Part shown: piece by piece, positions 10,127 through 20,866 of the stretch
Layout of the letters: every line of letters begins with the position of its first letter
How positions within the stretch are numbered: position 1 is the stretch's first letter
Source: Gammaproteobacteria bacterium
GTDB lineage: Bacteria; Pseudomonadota; Gammaproteobacteria; SZUA-140
DNA length: 64,000 bases
Assembly (NCBI GenBank): GCA_026982565.1
Contig: JALSGV010000044.1
Coordinates: 8,506 to 72,505, forward strand
Direction of reading: 5' to 3'
The notes under the pieces: generated by a model
What the model saw: the letters and a program-made list of their open reading frames with translations, nothing else
What the model was told of the DNA's origin: nothing
Database searches by the model: none
Program-made: the position numbers and the translations under genes

Positions 10127-11167
10127 ATGCATGAACTGACCCTGACCCGTCCCGACGACTGGCACACCCACCTGCGGGATGGCGCGGCCCTGGCCACCAC
10201 CGTCCCCCATACGGCCCGCCAGTTCGCGCGCGCCATCGTCATGCCCAACCTGGCGCCGCCGGTGACGACCCTGGAACAGGCCGATGCCTACCGCGAGCGC
10301 ATCTGCGCCCACATCCCCGGAGGCACTGCGTTTACCCCCCTGATGACGCTCTACCTGACGGATGCGACCACGCCCGAGACCATCATCGCCGCCGCGGCGT
10401 CGGGGCGGATCGCCGCCGTCAAGCTCTACCCCGCCGGCGCCACCACCCATTCCAGCGCCGGCGTCACCGCGCTGGAGAAGGTTTACCCGGCCCTGGCGGC
10501 CATGGAGGAAGCGGACCTGCCCCTGCTGGTGCATGGCGAGGTGACCGATGACGACGTGGATGTCTTCGACCGCGAGAAAGTCTTCATCGAACGCTGCCTC
10601 GAACCCCTGACGGTAAAGTTTCCCGCTCTGCGCATCGTCTTCGAACACATCACCACGGCGGACGCCGTCGATTTCGTGCACGCGGCGCCGCGCACCGTCG
10701 CCGCCACCATCACCCCGCAGCACCTGCTGTTCAACCGCAACGCCCTGCTGGTGGGCGGCGTGCATCCCCATCACTACTGCCTGCCGGTGCTGAAGCGGGA
10801 ACGCCACCGCCGCGCCCTGCGGGAGGCGGCCACCAGCGGCCATCCGCGTTTTTTCCTCGGCACCGACAGCGCCCCCCACGAACGGCGGCGCAAGGAGTCC
10901 GCCTGCGGCTGCGCGGGCATCTACTCGGCCCACGCCGCCCTGGAACTGTATGCCGGCGTCTTCGAGGAGGCCGGCGCCCTGGACAGGCTGGAAGGCTTCT
11001 GCGCCCTCCATGGCGCGGCCTTCTACCGCCTGCCCGTCAACACGAACCGCGTGCGCCTGGTGCGGGAACCGTGGCAGGTACCGGACAGTTATGAACTGGG
11101 TGACGGGCGGGTGATTCCCCTGTGCGCGGGCGCGACACTGAACTGGCGGCTCGTCCATGAACACTGA
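10127..11167 (+). CDS. pyrC: dihydroorotase (homodimeric type)
   Basis: [36 protein letters not shown] at 10127. Confidence 0.97.
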   Translation: MHELTLTRPDDWHTHLRDGAALATTVPHTARQFARAIVMPNLAPPVTTLEQADAYRERICAHIPGGTAFTPLMTLYLTDATTPETIIAAAASGRIAAVKLYPAGATTHSSAGVTALEKVYPALAAMEEADLPLLVHGEVTDDDVDVFDREKVFIERCLEPLTVKFPALRIVFEHITTADAVDFVHAAPRTVAATITPQHLLFNRNALLVGGVHPHHYCLPVLKRERHRRALREAATSGHPRFFLGTDSAPHERRRKESACGCAGIYSAHAALELYAGVFEEAGALDRLEGFCALHGAAFYRLPVNTNRVRLVREPWQVPDSYELGDGRVIPLCAGATLNWRLVHEH

Positions 11168-11804
11168 AGGGGACGCCGGAAAACCGCGCCTCGCCACCCG
11201 CTTCCGCGGCTACATGCCCGTGGTGGTGGACGTTGAAACCGGCGGTTTCGACGCGCGCAAGGACGCCCTCCTGGAAATCGCCACCGTCCTGCTCAACATG
11301 GATGAGGAAGGCCGCCTGTCGCGGGGGGAAACCATTGCATTTCACGTGGAACCCTTCGAGGGCGCCAATCTGGATCCCAAGTCCCTGGCCTTCACGGGCA
11401 TCGACCCCTACCACCCCTTCCGTTTCGCCGTTCCCGAGATGGAGGCCATGCGCAAGACATTCCAGGCCATCCGCACGGCCCAGAAAGAGGCCGGCTGCAA
11501 CCGCACCATCCTGGTGGGCCACAACCCCGGCATGGACCTGGCCTTCGTCAATGCCGCGGCGCAACGCTGCAATCTCAAGCGCAACCCCTTCCATCCCTTC
11601 AGCACCTTCGACACCGCCTCCCTGGCGGGCGTGGCCTACGGCCAGACCGTGCTGGCGCGCGCCGTGCAGGCGGCGGGACTGCCGTGGGACAATGACAGGG
11701 CGCACTCCGCCATCTACGACGCCGAAGTGACCGCCGACCTGTTCTGCGCCATCGTCAACGCCTGGGATGAGTGCCGGAAAAAAGGGGGGCGGGAAAAGGA
11801 TTGA
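11157..11804 (+). CDS. rnt: ribonuclease T
   Basis: [33 protein letters not shown]; pyrC-rnt synteny. Confidence 0.97.
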   Translation: MNTEGDAGKPRLATRFRGYMPVVVDVETGGFDARKDALLEIATVLLNMDEEGRLSRGETIAFHVEPFEGANLDPKSLAFTGIDPYHPFRFAVPEMEAMRKTFQAIRTAQKEAGCNRTILVGHNPGMDLAFVNAAAQRCNLKRNPFHPFSTFDTASLAGVAYGQTVLARAVQAAGLPWDNDRAHSAIYDAEVTADLFCAIVNAWDECRKKGGREKD

Positions 11805-11805
11805 G

Positions 11806-11866
11806 CCCTCACCCCTTCCAGAGGGTGTCGCAAAAGCCCCTCTCCCGCCGGAGGGTGTTGTAAAAG
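11806..11866. repeat. REP/IS-end-like repeat at left island border (two left arms, no right arm)
   Basis: CCCTCACCCC..GAGGGTGTCGCAAAAGCCCCTCTCCCGCCG then GAGGGTGTTGTAAAAG; same family as 1550-1606. Confidence 0.8.
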
Positions 11867-12513
11867 GTCTTTGCCACTCAATCGCCCCAGCAGCACACCG
11901 GGTAACTGGCTGACATCCACCGGCGGCATGAAGTGGCCCCGGTTCGCCTGCCAGCAGCGGCTGGCCGGGAAGATCGTGCGCCACCACCGGCGCCAACGGG
12001 CAAGCGTCTGTGGATAAAGATCGAGTTGCTCGATCAACTGCTGCCGACGCTTTGCGCTGAGACCATACTCCATGGCCGTCACCAGTATCACCAGGACACC
12101 CAGATAGACCTTGCGCCCGAGAAAACGCACCGATGGCGGGGTGCAGCGGCGCCGGCATCCCTCGGTGGCGCAACAAAAACTCAGGCGCCTCTCATAGGTC
12201 TCATCCAGTGCACAACGGATACCCCGGGGCTTGCGTGGATAATGGGCTACATGCAGCGTACTGCCACAATGAGCGCAGCCTTCTGATTGAGCCTCGTCGG
12301 CGATTTCCTGATCAATACGAAAGAGAAACTGATAAAATCTGGAATCATTGAAAAATGCATGACACACTGGACTTGCCTCCTTTTTTCTTGGTCGAAAAAC
12401 AGGAGACAGCCCCCTTGGATAATTTTCAAGTTATTTGAGGGGGTTTTTCTTTATCCATCAGATAATGTGATCAAAAATCGGGGTAAATCCATCAATTATT
12501 CTGCTCACTCTCA
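11867..12513 (-). mobile_element. transposon remnant: Cys-rich accessory ORF (start 12367, C-terminus runs into the repeat) plus putative TGAGAGTGAG end
   Basis: CAHCG, YPRKPRG, SFCC, TPPSVRFLGRKVY and RWRRWW resemble the accessory gene seen upstream of DDE transposase/ExeA-ATPase elements (from recall); ATCCATCA repeated near the putative end; no transposase present. Confidence 0.55.
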
Positions 12514-12657
12514 CAAGCAGCCGGGTACAGCGTGCGGGAAACTGATCCCTTCGAGACACCCGCACCGCCAGTAGCGATGACACGGGAACGCTTCACCAGG
12601 GTCAACCGCATTCTCCAATCTGGAAACCGCCTGAAAAACACGAAGACGAAAACGACC

Positions 12658-13058
12658 TTGCCGCTGGCCGGTAAAATTGCGGCAAGGCAACCCATCGAGG
12701 CCATCCCGGATCATGATACTTTGATCTGAGCGCTTTCTTAATGGGTCCCAATCGCTTTGTACTTAAGGTACAAGGCGATTCCATGATCGAGGCTGGGATA
12801 CTTGATGGTGATATGGTCATCATTGAACAGCGGAATTGCGCAGGAAACGGTGACATCGTTGTCGCCCTGATCGACAGGGACGAAGCAACACTGAAATGTC
12901 TTCAGCAAAATGAGGATGGGACAGTTACATTATTTCCCGCCAACCAAACAATGCAGCCCATGAATTATTCAGCGGAGCGCATAGAAATTCAGGGCGTAGT
13001 CATAGGGCAAATGCGATCATACAATACTAACCAACATAGACGCGCCAACGAAAGGTAA
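12658..13058 (+). pseudogene. lexA: LexA/S24 peptidase fragment, frameshifted, no N-terminal DNA-binding domain
   Basis: LPLAGKIAARQPIEAI in one frame, FVLKVQGDSM...EATLK in another; shift near 12721. Confidence 0.8.
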
Positions 13059-13063
13059 CCAGA

Positions 13064-14218
13064 ATGCAGGAAGCAACACACTACAAAGGCAGGGAGCACA
13101 GCGGCATCAAGCACTATCTTCTTGAAAGCTACCTGGAAGTACTGTTCATGATAATTGGCCAACATGAACGAAGAATATGCTACGTCGATTGCTTTTCAGG
13201 CCCTTGGAACGAAGCGAACGAGAACCTGGCTGGCACATCGATCGCGCTATCTCTGAATGTTATGCGCAAATGCCGCAACAGCCTAAGAAAACTGGGTAAA
13301 TCCGTCGAGTTTCGAGCCCTGTTCATCGAGAAGGAAAAGCATGCCTATAAAAAGCTCAACGCCTATCTGAAAGAAACCCATATAGATGGCGTCACATCAG
13401 AGGCTAAAAATGGTGAATTCCTTGACTTGCGCCCTGAGATACTGAAGTGGTGTAGCCCCAATGACTTTGTATTTTTCTTTATTGATCCGAAAGGCTGGAA
13501 GAACGCTATTGAAATACCAACACTGTCACCCCTATTGCGGCGTCAGCGATCAGAATTCCTGATAAACTTTATGTACGACTTCTTGAATCGTGCCCTTACA
13601 CAGGAACAATTTCAGGAAGATATGAACTCAATATTTGGTGAAATACCAGACACATCAGGAATGACACCGAAGGAAAGGGAAGAGCACCTGATACAGAGAT
13701 ACCTGGATTGCCTCAGATCCGTACCTACTGACAATAAAGACAGGCTACGATCAGCATATGTAAGTATATTGGACCCTATCAAAGACAGGACAAAATATCA
13801 CCTTGTTTATCTTACTCGCCACCCCTTGGGTATCGTGAAATTTATGAATGCCTCGGAAAAAATAGATATCGTACAGAAACGGGTACGCGCCAAAACAAAA
13901 CAACAGCGAAGGATCGAATCGACGAGACAGGAGGAGTTATTCTTCGACGAACCCGATTCCAGCACCACAGATACCGTGGCTATGGAAAGCGTAAAACAAT
14001 ATTGGCTAGAGAAACTTGCTACTACACCACGAGCATACGGGATAGAAGAGCTTGCAGACATGCTGGAAGAGACAAATTGGTTCGAAACAAATTTACAGCA
14101 AGCATTCAATGAGCTTATAGAGGAAGGTAAAGTGGTGAATATTGATTCTCGCGGCAAACGCCCCAAAAGGCCCGTGCACTTTGACAAGAACGAACAATTG
14201 AAAAGGACAAAGCCATGA
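13064..14218 (+). CDS. tcmP: three-Cys-motif partner protein (TcmP family, SAM-MTase-like)
   Basis: HSGIKHYLL, YVDCFSGP, FIEK, FFIDPKG, EFLINF; adjacent to DUF5131. Confidence 0.8.
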   Translation: MQEATHYKGREHSGIKHYLLESYLEVLFMIIGQHERRICYVDCFSGPWNEANENLAGTSIALSLNVMRKCRNSLRKLGKSVEFRALFIEKEKHAYKKLNAYLKETHIDGVTSEAKNGEFLDLRPEILKWCSPNDFVFFFIDPKGWKNAIEIPTLSPLLRRQRSEFLINFMYDFLNRALTQEQFQEDMNSIFGEIPDTSGMTPKEREEHLIQRYLDCLRSVPTDNKDRLRSAYVSILDPIKDRTKYHLVYLTRHPLGIVKFMNASEKIDIVQKRVRAKTKQQRRIESTRQEELFFDEPDSSTTDTVAMESVKQYWLEKLATTPRAYGIEELADMLEETNWFETNLQQAFNELIEEGKVVNIDSRGKRPKRPVHFDKNEQLKRTKP

Positions 14219-14970
14219 GTACGCAATCTTCTATTGAATGGACCGAACAGACGTGGAATCCGGTAACAGGATGCACGAAGATATCCCCTGGATGCAAACA
14301 CTGCTATGCCGAAACTATGGCGAGGAGGCTCGAGGCCATGGGTGTTCGTGGATATGAAAATGGTTTCAGCCTTACCCTACTTCCAGAACGCCTGGGTGAA
14401 CCTCTGAAGCGCAGGAAACCGACGGTATATTTTGTTAACTCGATGAGCGACCTGTTCCATGAGGAGATTCCGGATAGCTTTATCCAACAAGTCTTCGATA
14501 TCATCAGACAAACACCTCAACACACCTATCAAATCTTGACCAAACGTGCCTACAGGATGGCGGAATTCTTCGATCATTACACTGCACCTCGAAATGCCTG
14601 GCTTGGCGTTTCAGTCGAAGATAGAAGACACGGTTTACCAAGAATCAAAGCACTCCGTAAAATATCAGCACAGATTCGGTTCTTGTCCGTAGAACCATTA
14701 CTCGAGGATCTTGGGAAAATTGATTTGCGGGATATCCATTGGGTCATTGTCGGAGGCGAATCCGGACCGAAGGCCCGCCCAATGAAGCAAGACTGGGTAA
14801 TCAATGTTCAGCGCCAGTGCGAACAACAAAATGTTGCCTTCTTCTTTAAGCAATGGGGCGGCTGGGGAGCTGACGGCAAAAAACGGGCAAAGAAACAAAA
14901 TGGCAGGACGCTATTAGGAAAGACGTGGGATGAAATGCCGACGCCTACGCTAGGCAATCAGTTTTTATAA
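14215..14970 (+). CDS. DUF5131 / phage Gp37-Gp68 family protein (CX6CX2C)
   Basis: IEWTEQTWNPVTGCTKISPGCKHCYA, FVNSMSDLFHE, WVIVGGESG, FFFKQWGG. Confidence 0.92.
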   Translation: MSTQSSIEWTEQTWNPVTGCTKISPGCKHCYAETMARRLEAMGVRGYENGFSLTLLPERLGEPLKRRKPTVYFVNSMSDLFHEEIPDSFIQQVFDIIRQTPQHTYQILTKRAYRMAEFFDHYTAPRNAWLGVSVEDRRHGLPRIKALRKISAQIRFLSVEPLLEDLGKIDLRDIHWVIVGGESGPKARPMKQDWVINVQRQCEQQNVAFFFKQWGGWGADGKKRAKKQNGRTLLGKTWDEMPTPTLGNQFL

Positions 14971-14984
14971 ATATCACCCTGATA

Positions 14985-16340
14985 TTGATAGGAGTAATAG
15001 ATTTGCCAAAAAAGGAATATGATTGGCAGCTTGGCGAGGATCCCCCAAAGATTGAACTGCACAGCCTGGCTAAACATCGTGTTTACGAAGAATACCTCCT
15101 CCACTACATCCAGGTACTAAATTCTAATCCAAAGATTCCAAAATTTCGGCTAACACTGATAGACGGCTTCGCCGGCGGCGGCGTCTATCTCGACCCAAGA
15201 AACAATAGCCTATATACCGGGTCGCCACTGCGCCTTATCAAGGCGGCAGAAGCAGCGGCTTCTGCGGTAAATGTCAAACGGCAGCAAGGAGGGGTTCGTA
15301 ACCCTTTTGAACTACAGGCTGAGTATTTCTTCATTGAAAAGAAAAAGTCAAACCATGACTATCTGAACTGGTATCTGCGCGAACAGGGTTTGGGAGAACG
15401 CCTCAATAAGGATATCTTCTCATGGCCGGGTCAGTTCACAAAATTTCTGCCAACATTAATTAGCCGTATTAGCAGCAAAGGGAAAAGTCAACGGTGTATT
15501 TTTTTATTGGACCAATACGGTTATGGAGAAATCCCGTTTCCAGATATTCAAACAATTTTCGCAAAATTGCCCCATGCCGAGATCATATTGACCTTTGCTA
15601 CAGACTGGCTCATCGACTACATGTCAAACAAGCCAGAATATCTCAAAACTCTACAACGAATCGGGATCGCTCATGAGCTAGATATCGATCAATTATTGAA
15701 CTCCAAGAACGACACACCACAATGGCGACAACTAGTCCAATTTGAATTACATAAAGCCATTCCAAAACTCAGTGGCGCACTGCATTACACCCCCTTCTTT
15801 ATTGTGTCACCAGAGGCCAACCGCTCATTCTGGTTAATCCACCTTTCAAACCATCCGCGCGCGCGTGATGTAATGACACAATTGCATTGGCAGCTGAAGA
15901 ATCACTTCACACATTATGGCGGAGCTGGACTCCATATGTTTGGCTACGACCCGATGAAAGATGAACAACTGATCGGCGTGGCCGACATGTTTGGTAATAG
16001 TGAATTTTCCTTTGACAAGATTGCAAGAAAAAGAACTATCGAAGGGATAGTAGAAGAACTTCCACGGCTGATACACCGTTTCGCTGATGGAATTCGGTTT
16101 GATGAGTTCTACCGTTTAGTCGCTAACCAAACACCCGCTACGAGCGACCATATTCGAGAAGGCGCAAATCTATTGGCAGAGATTAAGGAGCTTGAAATTC
16201 TAGGCCCCAATGGAGAAAGACGGCGGAAAGCAAATACTATTACTAATCAAGATATTATTCGACCGCCTCAGCAAAAGACCCTCAGTTTTAGCAATAATGT
16301 GCCACTTGAAAGGAAAAACGAAAAAGCAACTAAAAAGTGA
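14985..16340 (+). CDS. tcmP: second TcmP-family protein
   Basis: HSLAKH, LIDGFAGGG, FIEK, FLLDQYG, EIILTF; start uncertain. Confidence 0.8.
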   Translation: MIGVIDLPKKEYDWQLGEDPPKIELHSLAKHRVYEEYLLHYIQVLNSNPKIPKFRLTLIDGFAGGGVYLDPRNNSLYTGSPLRLIKAAEAAASAVNVKRQQGGVRNPFELQAEYFFIEKKKSNHDYLNWYLREQGLGERLNKDIFSWPGQFTKFLPTLISRISSKGKSQRCIFLLDQYGYGEIPFPDIQTIFAKLPHAEIILTFATDWLIDYMSNKPEYLKTLQRIGIAHELDIDQLLNSKNDTPQWRQLVQFELHKAIPKLSGALHYTPFFIVSPEANRSFWLIHLSNHPRARDVMTQLHWQLKNHFTHYGGAGLHMFGYDPMKDEQLIGVADMFGNSEFSFDKIARKRTIEGIVEELPRLIHRFADGIRFDEFYRLVANQTPATSDHIREGANLLAEIKELEILGPNGERRRKANTITNQDIIRPPQQKTLSFSNNVPLERKNEKATKK

Positions 16341-16361
16341 CACATGCAACATTCTCAATCA

Positions 16362-19067
16362 TCAATCTGATATTCGCGCAAAACGCTCAAAATCTTTCAA
16401 ATGCCGTGATTCATTGATCTCGTTATGGGGGATCAGCAGGTATTTCCATGGTTTCCCGCCATGTTTTTCCGCATATTCCGAAGCATGCCGACACCACTGG
16501 GCCGCTACCTCAGCTTTGGCCAACGCTTCCGAATCCTGCATGTCGGACTTGGCTTTGGTTTCCACCATATAAATCACACGATCCGTCTCGGCCACGAAAT
16601 CCGGCACGTATTCGGGCTGTTCCGCGCCGTGCTGGTAGTAGGTCTGGAACTGCCCCTTGACAGGCCGGAACCACTTTTCCACGTCGCGCTCCAGGATAAC
16701 GGCGAACCGTCGTTCGCTGTCTGAATCGAACTTTTGTAGTGGATAGAGGCATTTTTTGAACCCACCGAACAGCATCTGCTTGATCCGGCCTTTGTCATCC
16801 ACGGTTTCACGATAATTGCGAACCGGATGCTTTTCCGACGCCGTATAGTTGCAGGGCTTGAGCTGGGTGAATCCGCGGCTGACCTTGACCTCATATCCAG
16901 CCGCTTTTTCCCAGAAATGCTCCATCATCTGGGTATGAATATGCTCGCCGATAAGCCGTCGGTCACGGTCCAATACTGCCTGAGCCTCGTCCTTGGACAG
17001 ATAGCTCAACAGGTGTCGCACAACCTGTCCAGCCAGGTCGTAGAGCAAATCGGCATGTGCGGCATAGTCGATATCGTCGTAGTCAACCAGCGTGTATACG
17101 ACATAATCTTCGAGTCGCTGCTCAGTGATACCCACTTCCGAGGCCAGGGTCTCCTGCTCGTTGGTGCGCAAGTTCTGGATGATCAGCTCCCGATCCACAG
17201 GTTGCAGGTGCAGGCCGCTCAAATCCAGGGTAAAGGGATTGAAGCCCACGGTCACTTCTCCAGTTGGAACCACCGCAATTCGGGGAATATCGATAATCTT
17301 CCGGCTGACAATCTCGGTGGTCCTGGCCACGATCGTTTCCAGATCGACTGCCTCTTTCTCCAACAGCTCACCTTGCATAGGTGTCAGGCGTTCCTTGACC
17401 CGCTCCATGATGGCCTCACGCACATGGGGCTGGTTCAGGGCTGAACTGGTGGGCACCTTGTCATGCTGCTTTTCCAGTTCATGAATCACATCAAGCACCG
17501 CACGGGCCGCCTCCTTTTCCGCTTCCTGGGTGAATACTGGCGCTTCCAGACCTTCTGGCTTGATTTCATACTGTGTTCCACCCGCACTTGTTGCCTTGGG
17601 CTCAGCCAGCCCCAAGGCTTCCTCTGCAGTGGAACCCACGGTGATGCTGATCATCCCCTCGTCATCGTCCGGTGCTTCCAGAATCACCTGTTTGAGTCGG
17701 ATGGGCGAATCTCCCCGGTTGGCCTCGTCGATGATCTCCTGAAAGCGATCATGGGCGATGATATTGAGCCTATCCACCGCACTCGCGCCGGTACGTTTCC
17801 CGTAGGGCAATCGCAAGCCGCGGCCGATGGACTGTTCGATCAAGGTACGCGCATTGGCGGCACGCAACGGCACGATGGTGTAGAGATTGGTAACATCCCA
17901 GCCCTCCTTGAGCATGTTGACGTGGATCACGATCTCAGTCGGCTCCCCCTCGCTCTCCACGGCCAGCAGCCGCTCAATCATCTCCTCTTCCGCCTTGCCG
18001 GTCTTGCTGCTGTCCACCTGGATCACCTTGTCGCGGTAACGGCCCTCGAAGAAGGCCTCGGACTGAATCAACGCCAGTAACTGCGATGCATGCGTGGTAT
18101 CACGGGCGATCACGAGCACGAAGGGTTTGACCGTTTTTACGCTGTTCTGGCGCGCATAGGTCATCAGCTCCACCTTGGTAGCCTCGTGCACACGAATGCC
18201 GTCCTCCAGCTTGATCTTTTCGATCTCCTCCGGCGTATGGCGTTTGGCGTCGAAATCGCGTTGGGTAACTACTGCTGGCTCTTTGACGAAACCGTCCTCC
18301 ATGGCACGAGCCAGGGGATAATCCATCACCACGTTCTTGAACGGCACAGGCCCACGGTTGGATTCCACGAAGGGGGTCGCCGTCAGTTCCAGGCCAAACA
18401 GGGGTTTCAATTCATTGATGGCGCGCACCCCGGCGCTGGCGCGGTAGCGGTGCGACTCATCCATCAGCAGCACCAGATCGGGCAACTCGGCGAGATAATT
18501 GAAGTAGCTGTCCCCCAGGTACTCGGACAGGCGCTTGATACGGGGACTCTTGCCGCCACGCACCTCCGAGTTGATCTTGGAAATATTGAAAATGTTAATC
18601 ACGACAGGCGACAGCAGGCTCAGATTACCCGCGCGCTGTTCATAATTGTCCCCAGTGATGATCTCTGGTGGATAGGCAGCGAACTCGGCGATGCCCTTGA
18701 ACACATACTTGGGTGTGTTGGGGGTAAAGTCCGTGATCAACTTGTCGTAGATGGTCAGGTTCGGCGCCAGCACGAAAAAGTGCTTGAAGCCATGGGCCAG
18801 GTGCAGATAGCTGATAAAAGCCCCCATCAGGCGCGTCTTACCCACACCAGTGGCCAACGCGAAACACAGCGACGGAAACTCCCGCTCGAAATCCTCCAGC
18901 GTGGGGAACTCCGCCTTGAGGATATTTAGCACCGCCTCCAGATCGCGGTCATGGCTGCGCATATCCGGTGCAGTATCCAACGCCCTGGCCAATTTCTCCA
19001 GGGACTCGGCCTGGGGAGGGCGCAGTGACAACCGCCCCTTGATGGAATTCAACACGCGCAGATTCAT
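16362..19067 (-). CDS. res: type III restriction enzyme, Res subunit
   Basis: LATGVGKT, DESH, LKEGWD, QSIGRGLR, C-terminal PDF...VETK nuclease; ATGA overlap with mod. Confidence 0.92.
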   Translation of the reverse strand: MNLRVLNSIKGRLSLRPPQAESLEKLARALDTAPDMRSHDRDLEAVLNILKAEFPTLEDFEREFPSLCFALATGVGKTRLMGAFISYLHLAHGFKHFFVLAPNLTIYDKLITDFTPNTPKYVFKGIAEFAAYPPEIITGDNYEQRAGNLSLLSPVVINIFNISKINSEVRGGKSPRIKRLSEYLGDSYFNYLAELPDLVLLMDESHRYRASAGVRAINELKPLFGLELTATPFVESNRGPVPFKNVVMDYPLARAMEDGFVKEPAVVTQRDFDAKRHTPEEIEKIKLEDGIRVHEATKVELMTYARQNSVKTVKPFVLVIARDTTHASQLLALIQSEAFFEGRYRDKVIQVDSSKTGKAEEEMIERLLAVESEGEPTEIVIHVNMLKEGWDVTNLYTIVPLRAANARTLIEQSIGRGLRLPYGKRTGASAVDRLNIIAHDRFQEIIDEANRGDSPIRLKQVILEAPDDDEGMISITVGSTAEEALGLAEPKATSAGGTQYEIKPEGLEAPVFTQEAEKEAARAVLDVIHELEKQHDKVPTSSALNQPHVREAIMERVKERLTPMQGELLEKEAVDLETIVARTTEIVSRKIIDIPRIAVVPTGEVTVGFNPFTLDLSGLHLQPVDRELIIQNLRTNEQETLASEVGITEQRLEDYVVYTLVDYDDIDYAAHADLLYDLAGQVVRHLLSYLSKDEAQAVLDRDRRLIGEHIHTQMMEHFWEKAAGYEVKVSRGFTQLKPCNYTASEKHPVRNYRETVDDKGRIKQMLFGGFKKCLYPLQKFDSDSERRFAVILERDVEKWFRPVKGQFQTYYQHGAEQPEYVPDFVAETDRVIYMVETKAKSDMQDSEALAKAEVAAQWCRHASEYAEKHGGKPWKYLLIPHNEINESRHLKDFERFARISD

Positions 19068-20857
19068 TGCTCTTCCTCCCCAAACAGGGCCACCTGTCCG
19101 GGTGCGGTTTTCTTCTTTGACTTCTTCTTAGGTACGGCTGGCTGTTCAGGTTCTGGCTCCAACATTGGGAGATTCTGTACGTTCAAGCTGTAGTCGTCAC
19201 GACCCCATTCGCAACGGGAAAGCACCACTTTGGGAATCTTCTTGATGGTGAGATTGGGCCAGCGCTCCGTCGCTTTTGCCGCGCTGATACCCCGGAAAGC
19301 GCTGCATAGTACCAGCAAGCTGCGGCCTTCACCCACCTCTTCCGCCAGGGCCTGCAACTGGCTCACCGACAGGTTCTGCGTGGTGACATAGATGAAATCC
19401 TGCTCCGTGGAATGGCCGTGCTGCCACCAGACGGTTTCCGACGGCGTATAGGTAAATCCCTCCAGCTTGCACAGCGCCTCGGCCAACATGGCAGCATTGT
19501 ATTCCTTATTGATGACCCAGTTACCCCACTTGTCCTTCTCCAGCAATGAAGGGGCCAGGCGGTAGTAACGGAAACCGCCGCCACCCTTCCACTCATAATT
19601 CTCACTAACTCCAGACTTATCATCCCCATCAATAACTCTCATTAATCTTGGAACTATATGTGTATATGCCTGTTCCCGTAATTCCACTGTAATCCATTTT
19701 CTACCCATTTTATGGGCCACGGCAGAAGTAGTGCCCGACCCACCAAAAGAGTCAAGCACAAGATCACCCGGTTTGGAAAAGTGTTTCAATATTAGCTCTA
19801 ATAGTTTTTCTGGCTTTTTTCCGCCCCGGAAATCCACACCACCTTCATGTCTACAATTACCAAAACTACCAGCCAGATCGAAGAAATTTTGGATTGGTTT
19901 TGCTTTATCCGCCTTCCCTTCTTTTATAGCACTTAATGTTTTCAACGGTATACCTGAGTAAAATTTACCTTTTGTGGCTGTAGATTTTTTTGGACCCGTC
20001 ATGTAACGGTAACCCAATCCATCCTCACCTATTCCATAGACTTTATATAAACATGATAATCCATCTATTTTTTTTCTAGGAGCTAAGTACTTATCAAGAA
20101 ACTCTCCTGAACTTCCAGACTGCCGAACCAAAGACCCTGTTGCCCACGTCTCCTTTAACCCTGTTAAGGATGGCTCTATTTTCTTGATTTCGTATTCTCC
20201 AGGCTTAAATAACACCACCTTCTTTCCACCCAACTCTAGCTCTTCACCATCTGATTTTTCAATTATCATCCATTCAAATTTTTCAATCTTGTAGGGTTCT
20301 TTATCTTTATTCGCCTTCGCCAAATTGCGATCCTTTGCATAGATAAAGCACTGCTCAATTACTTTTTGGTAATCGTTATCTTCTGCAAGAGTTTTATGGC
20401 CATATCTAACTTGAACATAAAATGTCGTTAAATAGTTCGATCTTCCAAAGATCTCATCTAGCAACACTTTAAGATATGCACCTTCACCATCATCTATTTG
20501 ACAACAAAAAAAACCATCATCTGAAAGCAGTCGCCTAAGAGATTCCAAACGATCTCTCATCAAAGATAACCATATTGAGTGCTCTATTCCATCATCGTAG
20601 TTTTCAAAAGCATTTCCGGTATTGTATGGAGGATCGATATAGATACACTTCACCTTGCCCGTAAACTCCTGCTCCAGCGCCTTCAGCGCCAGCAGGTTGT
20701 CACCGAAGATCAGGCGATTGTCGAAAATGTCGTTCTCCGTCACCCGATGCTTGGCGTAATACGACTTATCCGGATCTTCCAGCAGAATCCGCGGTTCCAG
20801 CTTCGGCCGCTTGTCCTTTCCTATCCAGGTGAGTTCCAGTTTTTGTTTCTTGGCCAT
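19064..20857 (-). CDS. mod: type III DNA methyltransferase, Mod subunit
   Basis: GDNLLAL, YIDPPY, KPEKLL, LDSFGGSGTT. Confidence 0.93.
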   Translation of the reverse strand: MAKKQKLELTWIGKDKRPKLEPRILLEDPDKSYYAKHRVTENDIFDNRLIFGDNLLALKALEQEFTGKVKCIYIDPPYNTGNAFENYDDGIEHSIWLSLMRDRLESLRRLLSDDGFFCCQIDDGEGAYLKVLLDEIFGRSNYLTTFYVQVRYGHKTLAEDNDYQKVIEQCFIYAKDRNLAKANKDKEPYKIEKFEWMIIEKSDGEELELGGKKVVLFKPGEYEIKKIEPSLTGLKETWATGSLVRQSGSSGEFLDKYLAPRKKIDGLSCLYKVYGIGEDGLGYRYMTGPKKSTATKGKFYSGIPLKTLSAIKEGKADKAKPIQNFFDLAGSFGNCRHEGGVDFRGGKKPEKLLELILKHFSKPGDLVLDSFGGSGTTSAVAHKMGRKWITVELREQAYTHIVPRLMRVIDGDDKSGVSENYEWKGGGGFRYYRLAPSLLEKDKWGNWVINKEYNAAMLAEALCKLEGFTYTPSETVWWQHGHSTEQDFIYVTTQNLSVSQLQALAEEVGEGRSLLVLCSAFRGISAAKATERWPNLTIKKIPKVVLSRCEWGRDDYSLNVQNLPMLEPEPEQPAVPKKKSKKKTAPGQVALFGEEEQ

Positions 20858-20866
20858 GATTTACCT

